From NCBI GenBank assembly GCA_051859245.1, contig JBHYGA010000004.1, positions 640,001 through 704,000 on the forward strand: a stretch of DNA of 64,000 nucleotides, written 5' to 3'. This document shows positions 18,956 to 27,623 of this stretch, piece after piece. The position numbers and the translations under genes were made by a program. A model generated the notes under the pieces. It did no database searches. It worked only from the letters and a program-made list of their open reading frames with translations, and was not told where the DNA came from. The DNA is from Gemmatimonadaceae bacterium. GTDB taxonomy: Bacteria > Gemmatimonadota > Gemmatimonadetes > Gemmatimonadales > Gemmatimonadaceae. Positions within the stretch are counted from its first letter, which is position 1; every line of letters starts with the position of its first letter.

Positions 18956-20377
18956 ATGACGATATCACGCGTTTTGCTCGCACTCGCATTCTGCGCCGGC
19001 GCGCTGCCCGCGCAGCGCCCCACACTGTCGAACCAGTTACGACAACAGTTTGTGTCGGTGGACACGAGCATTGTCGCGCTGACCAATGCGCGCGTGATCG
19101 ACGGCACCGGTGCCGCCGCACGCACCGCGCAAACGATCATTGTGCGCGATGGCAACATTGTGGCGTTCGGTGACTCACGAACGACGGCAGTGCCAGCAGG
19201 CGCCCGCGTACTGGATCTCACCGGCAAGACGGTCATGCCGGGTCTGGTCATGCTGCATGAGCACCTGTATTACCCAACCGGCGGTGGGACCTACGCCAAC
19301 CTGTCCGAGAGTTTTGCGAGGCTATATCTCGCGGGTGGCGTGACCGCGATGCGCACGGGTGGCAATACGAACGGTTATGGCGAGATTGCGCTTCGCGATG
19401 CAATTGAGCGTGGGCGTTCCGCGGGCCCGTGGGTTGATGCCACCGCGCCGTATTTGCAAATGCGCGGCCTTGAGATTGGTCAGATGTACAATCTCAAGGA
19501 TCCGGATGACGCCCGACGCATGGTGAACTTCTGGGCGGATGCCGGCGCCACGTCGTTCAAGGCCTACATGCACATCAGCCGAGCGGCGCTGAGTGCGGCG
19601 ATCGATGAAGTACATAAACGCGGACTGAAAATTACCGGACACCTGTGCTCCGTGACGTTGCGGGAAGCCGCTGGACTCGGCATCGACAATGTGGAGCACG
19701 CGTTTTTTGCGGCAACAGACTTTGTAGAGAACAAAGCGCCTGACGTGTGTCCCGGACAGGGTGCGGGTCAGGCCGCGCTCAATAATGTGGAGCCAACCGA
19801 TCCGCGGTTTACATCGCTGGTGGCCGAGCTGATTGCACGAAAGGTGGCGCTCACGTCAACGCTGACGGTCTTTGAAACATTCACGCCCGGTCGCCCGCTG
19901 CCGCCTGGGCTTGAAGTGCTCACGCCGCAACTCAAGGAGCTCTACGAGGCGCGTCACGCCGCGACATCACGCAATACACGATCGCTGTACAGCACGCTAT
20001 ATCCGCGTGCGGCCGCGCTGGAGCTCGCGTTCTTTCGAGCGGGTGGATTGCTCGTGGCGGGTACGGATCCAACCGGAGGCGGAGGCGTGATTGCGGGGTT
20101 CTCCAATCAGCGCACGATTGAGTTGCTGGTCGAAGCCGGGTTCACGCCGCTCGAAGCCATTCGCATTTGCACGTTGAACGGCGCCACTTACCTCGGTCGT
20201 GCCGACCGCATTGGCTCGATCGCCGTTGGCAAACAGGCGGATCTGGTCGTGATCAATGGTGATCCCACTACGACCGTGAGCGACGTGCGCCGGGTTGAAC
20301 TCGTGTTCAAACAAGGCGTAGGCTACGATCCGGCAAAACTGATTGCATCGGTTGCTGGACGCGTTGGCCTCTTTTAG
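18956..20377 (+). CDS. Secreted metal-dependent amidohydrolase
   Basis: Signal peptide; PGLVMLHEH, GTD, GKQADLV. Confidence 0.85.
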   Translation: MTISRVLLALAFCAGALPAQRPTLSNQLRQQFVSVDTSIVALTNARVIDGTGAAARTAQTIIVRDGNIVAFGDSRTTAVPAGARVLDLTGKTVMPGLVMLHEHLYYPTGGGTYANLSESFARLYLAGGVTAMRTGGNTNGYGEIALRDAIERGRSAGPWVDATAPYLQMRGLEIGQMYNLKDPDDARRMVNFWADAGATSFKAYMHISRAALSAAIDEVHKRGLKITGHLCSVTLREAAGLGIDNVEHAFFAATDFVENKAPDVCPGQGAGQAALNNVEPTDPRFTSLVAELIARKVALTSTLTVFETFTPGRPLPPGLEVLTPQLKELYEARHAATSRNTRSLYSTLYPRAAALELAFFRAGGLLVAGTDPTGGGGVIAGFSNQRTIELLVEAGFTPLEAIRICTLNGATYLGRADRIGSIAVGKQADLVVINGDPTTTVSDVRRVELVFKQGVGYDPAKLIASVAGRVGLF

Positions 20378-20406
20378 ACCGGTGCGTTTCCGAGCATCTT
20401 GCCTTT

Positions 20407-21537
20407 GTGGCTGAACCCTTCAAGAATTTCATCAACGAGTCGTTGATCCGGCGCGGCGCCACTGCGCTCGCGCAAGCCAATCCGGCGTTCGACGCGCGTC
20501 GCTTCGTGCGCGTTGCCATGCAAGGGTTGCACGATCTTGAGCTCAAAGCGCGTGCGATGCAGGTCGCGGATGCACTTGAAGAAACGCTGCCGGAGCCGTT
20601 CAGTACGGCCGCGAAGTGGATCGAGAGTGCGTTGGCGCCTCCGCTCAACGACGAGGATCTGTCGCACGCGCACGGTAGCGCCGATGGCTTGCATGGTTGG
20701 ATGCTGTGGTCGGTGGGAGAGTTCATTGCGAGACGCGGCCTGACGCAGCCTGAGCGCGCGCTGCAATCACTGCACGCGTTGACGCAGCGCTTCACCGCGG
20801 AGTTTGCGATTCGCCCATTCATTGTGGCGCATCCCGATCTGGTGTATCGCACGCTGCACACGTGGACAACTGACCGCAGTCTGCATGTGCGCCGACTGGT
20901 GAGTGAAGGGAGCAGACCGCGGCTGCCGTGGGGATTGCAACTGCGGTCGGCGATCGCTGATCCGTCGCCGTCTCTCCCGCTGCTGGCGGCCCTGCAGGAT
21001 GATCCGAGCGAATACGTGCGTCGCAGCGTGGCCAATCACCTGAACGACATCGCGAAGGATCATCCGGGCATTGTTGCGGATTGGCTGGAGGCACATTTAC
21101 CAGATGCCAGCGCGCAGCGTGCGGCGCTACTGCGCCACGCGAGCCGCACGCTGATCAAGCGCGGTGATCCGCGTGTACTCCGCGCCTGGGGCCTTGGACA
21201 GCCGCTCAAGGGCAGCGTGACGCTCGCAATTACTCCACGCCGTGTGCGCGTTGGGGAGCAGGTCACGTTGAACCTTCTGATCACATCGAGCAGTCGACGC
21301 GCGCAGAAGCTGGCCATCGACTACGTGGTGCATCATGTCAAAGCCGACGGTAAAACATCACCGAAGGTGTTCAAGGGGTGGCAGTTCGAGCTGCCAGCCG
21401 GCAGCACTCGTGTGCTGGAGAAGCGTCATTCCATGAAACGCATCACCACGCGACGATACTATCCCGGTAAACACACGGTCGAGATTCAGGTGAACGGAGC
21501 TCCTGTCGCCAGCGCGTTTTTCACGCTCTCCGAATAA
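20407..21537 (+). CDS. alkC: DNA alkylation repair glycosylase AlkC (HEAT-like repeats plus C-terminal Ig-like domain)
   Basis: FTAEFAIRPF, RRLVSEGSRPRLPW, YVRRSVANHLNDIAKDHP, KVFK...TTRRYYPG. Confidence 0.85.
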   Translation: MAEPFKNFINESLIRRGATALAQANPAFDARRFVRVAMQGLHDLELKARAMQVADALEETLPEPFSTAAKWIESALAPPLNDEDLSHAHGSADGLHGWMLWSVGEFIARRGLTQPERALQSLHALTQRFTAEFAIRPFIVAHPDLVYRTLHTWTTDRSLHVRRLVSEGSRPRLPWGLQLRSAIADPSPSLPLLAALQDDPSEYVRRSVANHLNDIAKDHPGIVADWLEAHLPDASAQRAALLRHASRTLIKRGDPRVLRAWGLGQPLKGSVTLAITPRRVRVGEQVTLNLLITSSSRRAQKLAIDYVVHHVKADGKTSPKVFKGWQFELPAGSTRVLEKRHSMKRITTRRYYPGKHTVEIQVNGAPVASAFFTLSE

Positions 21538-21541
21538 TGGC

Positions 21542-22526
21542 GTGAGCAATTCGCGCACCGCACCAGGACTCGCGATGGCACTGTTGCCACTGCTCACCAT
21601 GGGCGTACTGCTGGTCACAGCGGCCCAGCTGATGCCGCTGACGGGCGAGCTCATCGTAGTGGTGATGTTGTGCGCCGCCGCAGTGGCGGGTGTTATTGCT
21701 GTGCGGAGCGGCGCGTCGTTCGATGAGATTCAGCGCGTGACCGGCGAGCGTTTCGCCGGTGTGCTCCCAGCCGTGCTGATTTTGTTGGCAATTGGCATGC
21801 TGATCTCCACGTGGGTGATGTCCGGGACCATTCCCTACCTGGTGTTCTGGGGAGTTCGTCTCGTTGATCCGCAATACCTCGCACTCACCGCATTCTTGTC
21901 GACCGCGCTGATGTCGTCATGTACGGGTACGTCGTGGGGATCGGCAGGCACCATTGGTGTGGCGATGATGGGTACGGCGGCCGCAGTTGGTGCGCCGCTT
22001 CCGGTGATCGCGGGCGCGGTGGTTTCGGGCGCGTACTTCGGCGACAAGATGTCGCCCTTGTCTGATTCCACGATTATTGCAGCCGTTGCGGCGGATGTTG
22101 ATGTGTACGTGCACATTCGACACATGATGTACACGGCCGTCCCGTCGTTTGTGATCGCGCTCGCCGTCTACGCGATCGACGTTTGCCTTGATCGCCGCCA
22201 CGATGACAGCTGGTCTGTCGATGATCGCGCTCACCAGCCACAGCGGGGTCACGATGCTGGTGATTGGTGGACTCTTTCAGCAGCCGTTTCGGGATCATCA
22301 GTTGGCGCCGCAGAACCTGTCGCGATCGCTTGAAGATTCCGTGACGATCACAGAAGTGCTCATGCCGTGGACGGTGTCGGCAGTCTTCATGGCAACAACG
22401 CTGGGTGTGCCCACGCTCTCGTACGCGCCGTGGGCGGTGTTCTGCTACCTGGGCCCCGTGTTCTCCTTGCTGATCGCGGCGTTGTACCGTCGCACAGGGT
22501 TTGGACTGCGTCCGCTCGCCGCCTAG
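21542..22526 (+). pseudogene. nhaC: Na+/H+ antiporter NhaC family, internally deleted and frameshifted
   Basis: The N-terminal half (GTSWGSAGTIG, SGAYFGDKMSPLSD, HIRHMMYT) runs to ~22177. The C-terminal part (NLSRSLEDSVT, PW, MATTLGV) is in another frame from ~22173. About 330 aa in total, shorter than a typical NhaC. Confidence 0.8.
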
Positions 22527-22603
22527 TCACCCCGTTCCGGCCATCGACGGGGCGATCCGGGAAAGACTCAGTATTCCGCCCGCGCCGACCGATACTCCCA
22601 CGG

Positions 22604-24433
22604 ATGCTGACTCGCGCCATCGTCTCCACGCTATCCACACCCGCCGAGGGGTCCAAAGGGCGTGCGCTCGCCATGCGATGGCTGGGGCACATTCTGGCCG
22701 AAGACGCCGACATCGTGACGCGCTGGCAAGGCCGATTGGTCGCGTCGTTTCTGGCCGCGGTGGCAACCTTCGGTCTGGTGCCCGCCGTACCCACGATCGC
22801 CATGGCCATCGACACGGGTATCTGGTGGCTTGTCGTGCTCGACAGCGTGCTGCTGGGCACAACCTATGCCTTGCTCTTCTCCCGCCGCGTATCGAACCGC
22901 ACGCGCTCTCTGTTTCTGACAGGAGCCAGCTTTTCGATTGGGGCACTGGTGCTCTGGCGAATCGGTCCGCACACCTCGGGACTTGTCTGGCTCTTCACAA
23001 GCACGTTCATGGCGGCGTTTCTGCTGGGGCAACGGGCGACGCTCGTGGCAATTGCGGCCAATGTGGGTGTCATCATGGCCATCGCTGTTGCCATCTCGCA
23101 GGGAGAGATCGCGTGGGCCGTGGCCAATGAAGGGTCGTTGCGCGGTTGGTTGCTCTCCGGAACCAACTTCCTGTTTCTCGTCACGGTGTTCGGCGCATCG
23201 ACGGCCGCGTTGTTTCGCACACTCGAGCGTGAGGACCTGGCACGCGCAGAAGCCGAACACCAGCTGCGACAAGCGCGACACAACGAAGCACTCGGCACGC
23301 TGGCCGGCGGCATTGCGCACGACTTCAACAATCTGCTTGTGCCAATCCTCGCGAACATTGAGGCCGTGCGGCACGGCGGACTCGCGCCAGACGTGGAGGA
23401 AGCGTTGTTGCGCGATGCGTATCGATCAACCGAGCGCGCGCGTGATCTGGTGCGTCGCATCCTCGCGTTCGGACGCGGAAGAACCGCCGAGAGTGGTGGC
23501 GTGGATCCGGCGATCGTTGCCAGAGAGGCCACGCAGTTGGCGCGGCTGTCGGCGCCGTCGGGTGTCACCATCAGCGAGCACTATGCTCCCACGCCATTCG
23601 CGTCGGCGTCGTGTACTGCATTGCACCAGGTGCTGTCGAATCTGATTGTGAATGCGGTGCACGCTGTTGGCGACAGCGGACAGGTCACGGTGTCCGTGGA
23701 CACCACGACTGGACAAGGCGCGCTCTGGATTCGTTTTCGCGTCTCGGACAACGGCATGGGCATGGATGCGCGCACGAAAGAACGCATCTTTGATCCGTAC
23801 TTCAGCACGAAGTCGCCCGAACATGGCACGGGCTTGGGACTTACCATCGTGCACAGCGTGGTCATGCAGCTGGGCGGCACGATCACCCTCGATACGGCGC
23901 CAGGAAAAGGCTGCACGTTTACGGTGGTCATTCCTGTGATGACGTCGGCGGACGAGCCGGAGCCAATACCGGTGGAACGCGACACCGACGAAGAGACGGA
24001 GCGTCGTCGCGTGCCCTCACCCACGCCGATCGCGGTGGCTACCGTTGCGACGCCGCCCCGCAATACGCGGGTGCTTCTGGTGGACGACGAGCCGGCGGTC
24101 CGGCAAGCGGTCAAACGTGTGCTTGAAACACTTGGTTGTCGTGTCGTGGCCGTAGAAGACGCGACAGAAGCGTTGCAGCTGCTGCAGCGTTCGCCGGATG
24201 CGTTCGATGTGCTGGTGACGGACTATCGCATGCCAGGGGTGAGCGGTGTGGAACTGGCCAACGCCGCGCGTACGCACGATGCGCTGCTCCCCGTCGTGCT
24301 GGTGAGCGGCCACCTCGAAGCGGCTAACGCCGAGTCTCAGGTTCCGACCGACATGGTGACGGTGGAAAAGCCGTTCACGCGCGCCACGCTTGGCGCTGCG
24401 CTGTCGGCCGCGGTGCTGTCGCGGAATAACTGA
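22604..24433 (+). CDS. Multi-TM hybrid histidine kinase with C-terminal receiver
   Basis: 5-6 TM N-terminus; AGGIAHDFNN; HGTGLGL; REC VLLVDD..TDYRMP..KP. Confidence 0.88.
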   Translation: MLTRAIVSTLSTPAEGSKGRALAMRWLGHILAEDADIVTRWQGRLVASFLAAVATFGLVPAVPTIAMAIDTGIWWLVVLDSVLLGTTYALLFSRRVSNRTRSLFLTGASFSIGALVLWRIGPHTSGLVWLFTSTFMAAFLLGQRATLVAIAANVGVIMAIAVAISQGEIAWAVANEGSLRGWLLSGTNFLFLVTVFGASTAALFRTLEREDLARAEAEHQLRQARHNEALGTLAGGIAHDFNNLLVPILANIEAVRHGGLAPDVEEALLRDAYRSTERARDLVRRILAFGRGRTAESGGVDPAIVAREATQLARLSAPSGVTISEHYAPTPFASASCTALHQVLSNLIVNAVHAVGDSGQVTVSVDTTTGQGALWIRFRVSDNGMGMDARTKERIFDPYFSTKSPEHGTGLGLTIVHSVVMQLGGTITLDTAPGKGCTFTVVIPVMTSADEPEPIPVERDTDEETERRRVPSPTPIAVATVATPPRNTRVLLVDDEPAVRQAVKRVLETLGCRVVAVEDATEALQLLQRSPDAFDVLVTDYRMPGVSGVELANAARTHDALLPVVLVSGHLEAANAESQVPTDMVTVEKPFTRATLGAALSAAVLSRNN

Positions 24434-24523
24434 CGCGCCGCTTCACGCGCGATGTACGGCTGCCGTACTGGCGGATCGCGCACGCGGAGGCCAACGTGAA
24501 GGTATCCTCTTCGGGAGCTTCGC

Positions 24524-25615
24524 ATGGCTACGCTTGTCACGCCCGACCGCAGCGCGTCCAGTCGACCACGACATTTTCCTGCGCCGGTTGCCTCTGCCTG
24601 GGGGCGGCCCCGTACGCGACGACACGAGATTGGCGAGTTCGCGCGTGGTGCGCAGTTCGTGGTGGACACGCGAGATCAGGCGCCCGATCTGTTTGTGGAC
24701 GCACGCACAACAAACTGGAGTGCGCTCACCGAACGTGATGTGGGTACGCCCTACCGCGTGGAGAAGTGGGCGCGTTCACGACTTGAGTTTGAAGCGCGTG
24801 AGGGACAACCGCTGCCGGTGATCGAAGGATGGCGTCGATTCAACGAGGCATTTCATCAGTTCTTCCTGCTCGATGTGCCGGAGGCGCAGGCGGCCGCTCG
24901 CAAGGAACTTGGAGACGCACTCGCGAAGTTCGACGTGTTCGGCGCGGAGGAGGCGCTCGAAGACATTGTCCGGCTCACGGTGTGGAACAAGATCCAGCGA
25001 GTGGAAGACGCCGTCTGGGATCCGCGTGGTAAGCGCGCCCTGTTTGCGGGACTTGATGTGAAGAAGCCGCGCATCCTGTTTCTCGGTGCGGCAGACGGAT
25101 ACGAGGCCATGCAAATCGCGGCCATGTATCCTGGCGGCGAGATTGTGCTCGTGGACTACGACGCGTTCTGCGCGACAGATCGCTTTGGCAAGTTTCCGCT
25201 CGACTATCCGTTTCTTGGGATCGATCCATCCACCGGGCACGCACGCGTGTGGTATCGCGACGAGATGCCCATTCAGTTCGATGTATCCGACATTCGTGAC
25301 CTCACGTACGGTCGAGAGTTCGACGTTGTCGTCTCGATTGGTTTACTCGAACACTTTCCCGATGCGCACAAGGCCGAGTGCATTGAGATGCATCGGCGGT
25401 TTCTGAAACCCGGTGGGTACGTGGTGATGACCACGCCGCGTAACCAGTTCAAGACGCGCGCCTTTTACAACCTGATGGCGGATTGGATGAACCACGGCTA
25501 TCGCGAACTGATGGACGTACGGCAGATGGGTCGGTACTGCTACGCGAACGGTCTCGAGATTCTCCGCGCCGGTGTGATCAAGGCGCACAACGGGCTGATC
25601 ATGCAGCTGCGCTGA
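24524..25615 (+). CDS. Class I SAM-dependent methyltransferase with long N-terminal extension
   Basis: ILFLGAADG, VLVD, FDVVVSIGLLEHF, LKPGGYVVMTTP. Confidence 0.8.
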   Translation: MATLVTPDRSASSRPRHFPAPVASAWGRPRTRRHEIGEFARGAQFVVDTRDQAPDLFVDARTTNWSALTERDVGTPYRVEKWARSRLEFEAREGQPLPVIEGWRRFNEAFHQFFLLDVPEAQAAARKELGDALAKFDVFGAEEALEDIVRLTVWNKIQRVEDAVWDPRGKRALFAGLDVKKPRILFLGAADGYEAMQIAAMYPGGEIVLVDYDAFCATDRFGKFPLDYPFLGIDPSTGHARVWYRDEMPIQFDVSDIRDLTYGREFDVVVSIGLLEHFPDAHKAECIEMHRRFLKPGGYVVMTTPRNQFKTRAFYNLMADWMNHGYRELMDVRQMGRYCYANGLEILRAGVIKAHNGLIMQLR

Positions 25616-25638
25616 GGTTGCGTTGACGATGTGTTGCG

Positions 25639-25851
25639 TCAGTCGAGTCGGGCGCGACGGTCGAGCGCCTGGTCGCGCACGGTTGACATGATGCGCGCCA
25701 TGTCGGCTTCGTACCGTTCGCGCTCGTCTGGTGTCCAGAGGTCGATATTGGCAGCGGCGCGAATGGTGGCCATCATTTCATCGACGAGTTCGCGCAGTCG
25801 CGCGTTCGAGCGACGTTCGGTGCCCTTGGGCGTATCTGTGTGCAGGCTCAT
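25639..25851 (-). CDS. Small hypothetical helical protein (70 aa)
   Basis: ATG 25851, MSLHTDTPKGTERRSNARLRELVDEMM...; amphipathic, fills the intergenic gap. Confidence 0.55.
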   Translation of the reverse strand: MSLHTDTPKGTERRSNARLRELVDEMMATIRAAANIDLWTPDERERYEADMARIMSTVRDQALDRRARLD

Positions 25852-25968
25852 GCGGGCAATGTGTGGGGTATCACGCGTGGACCACAAGATGTCACGGTTC
25901 GGGCACCGGCGGGGTACAGCCAGGGCGGCCATAGTCACCGCCTCTGGATCACGTGTAAAGGACTGAGA

Positions 25969-26583
25969 ATGTCGGATCAGACAGCGGACGCGGAGCAATA
26001 CGCGGAATGGGCGCGCCGACTGGCCGCCGATGACGCCACTGCGCTCCGGGCACTCTTCGACGCCACCTACGAACCGCTCTGGCGGTCCGTCATGCGGCTC
26101 GTGGGTGACGACGCAGCGGCGCGAGACCTCGCGCAGGATGCATTCGTCCGTATCTGGGACCGACGCGCGTCACTTGATCCTTCACTGTCCTTGCGGGCAC
26201 TGCTCTACCGCACCGTGCGCAACCTGGCGTTGAACCAACTTCGCGACGAACAGACCCGTCGCCATCTGCTCGCTGATCCGGAGGCCGCAGCGGTCTCGGC
26301 TCGGCCGCGTGATGCGGCGTCGGCCGACAAGGAAATGGAAGCGTCCGAGCTGGCGGTGCGGCTGAATCAGTTCATTGCCGAACTACCGCCTCGACAGCAG
26401 GAAGCGCTGCGCCTGAGCCGTTTTGACGGGCTCTCGCATCAGGAAATCGCCGAAGTCATGGGGTGCGCGCCGCGCACCGTCAACAATCACCTCGTGCGAG
26501 CGCTGGAACAGCTGCGCGCGCGGCTTTCAACGATCGGGACCGTGGTCTCCTCGCTGTTGGCGATTCTGGGGACATCACTATGA
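25969..26583 (+). CDS. ECF RNA polymerase sigma factor (FecI-like)
   Basis: DLAQDAFVRIW, LYRTVRNLALN, LPPRQQEALRLSRFDGLSHQEIAEVMG. Confidence 0.92.
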   Translation: MSDQTADAEQYAEWARRLAADDATALRALFDATYEPLWRSVMRLVGDDAAARDLAQDAFVRIWDRRASLDPSLSLRALLYRTVRNLALNQLRDEQTRRHLLADPEAAAVSARPRDAASADKEMEASELAVRLNQFIAELPPRQQEALRLSRFDGLSHQEIAEVMGCAPRTVNNHLVRALEQLRARLSTIGTVVSSLLAILGTSL

Positions 26584-27611
26584 ACGGACCGTCAGCGGGT
26601 CGTCCGTTGCCTCCCGAGCTCGTGGCCGAGCTGTCCACGCATGCGGAAGGGCAGGAGCTGACGCAGGTTTGGGAGCTGTTGGCAATCGCCGACCCCGTGC
26701 CCGGCTCCCCGGAAGCCACGCAGGCCTGGGATCGTATTAGCGCGGAAATCGCGCAGGGTCGGCCGATTCTCACGCCGGCGGTGTCGCTGGAACCGGTGTC
26801 CGCGACGCCACGCTCTCGTCCCGCAGTTGCCGCTGCGGTGCGTCGGTGGCATCCGTCGGCGCCGTGGGCCATTGCCGCGACATTGGCGCTGGTAGTCGGT
26901 TATGGCGCATGGCAGGCCACTCCAGTGAGCATTACAGCGCCACTCGGGGAGCAGTTAGCAGTCACTTTGCCAGATGGGTCCGTTGTTGACCTTAATGCCG
27001 GCAGCTCCATCGAGTATGCCCGTGGGTTCCGCCGGATGGGTGGTCTGCTGGCCGGCGATCGTGCGATCGAGCTGGACGGTGAGGCGTTCTTTTCTGTAGT
27101 TCGCATCGAGCAGCCGTTTGCGGTGACCACCGCAGAGGCGCAGGTCACGGTGCTCGGCACGAAGTTCCTGGTGCGTTCGCATCAAGGGGAGCAGGAGGGC
27201 ACGCGTGTGGCGGTAGAATCTGGTCGCGTGCGCGTTGCTCCAACGGGAAGTGAGGGTTCAGCCGTAGAGCTTGGCGCGGGTGAAGGCACGTTCGTTGCTC
27301 GTGGCGCTCAAACTCCAGACGCCGTCTCGGCGGTTGGGGTGGACCGGCTTTCGGCGTGGCGACGTGGCGGCTTCTGGCTGGTGGATCAGCCGCTCACGGC
27401 GATCTTCCGGGAACTGGAGCGTCGTTACGCGGTAGACATCCGCCTGCGCGATGTCACGGTGGGCGACGAGCGGCTCAACGTGTACTATCCGGAACGTCCG
27501 TCCATCGAAACCATTTTGAGCGACCTGTGCACGAGGGGAGGGCTTCGATATAGCCGCACAAGTCGCGGGTACGAAATCACGGCGCAATCGGAGCCGTCGG
27601 CGAAGCCGTAG
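26580..27611 (+). CDS. FecR family anti-sigma factor
   Basis: TM helix followed by VTLPDGSVVDLNAGS, LDGEAFF, VLGTKF, ELERRY; ATGA overlap with the sigma gene. Confidence 0.92.
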   Translation: MNGPSAGRPLPPELVAELSTHAEGQELTQVWELLAIADPVPGSPEATQAWDRISAEIAQGRPILTPAVSLEPVSATPRSRPAVAAAVRRWHPSAPWAIAATLALVVGYGAWQATPVSITAPLGEQLAVTLPDGSVVDLNAGSSIEYARGFRRMGGLLAGDRAIELDGEAFFSVVRIEQPFAVTTAEAQVTVLGTKFLVRSHQGEQEGTRVAVESGRVRVAPTGSEGSAVELGAGEGTFVARGAQTPDAVSAVGVDRLSAWRRGGFWLVDQPLTAIFRELERRYAVDIRLRDVTVGDERLNVYYPERPSIETILSDLCTRGGLRYSRTSRGYEITAQSEPSAKP

Positions 27612-27623
27612 CGGACGCTGTCC

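Noticed and set aside
22160..22200. Programmed ribosomal frameshift in nhaC
   Set aside because: No slippery sequence, and the joined product would still lack the central helices.
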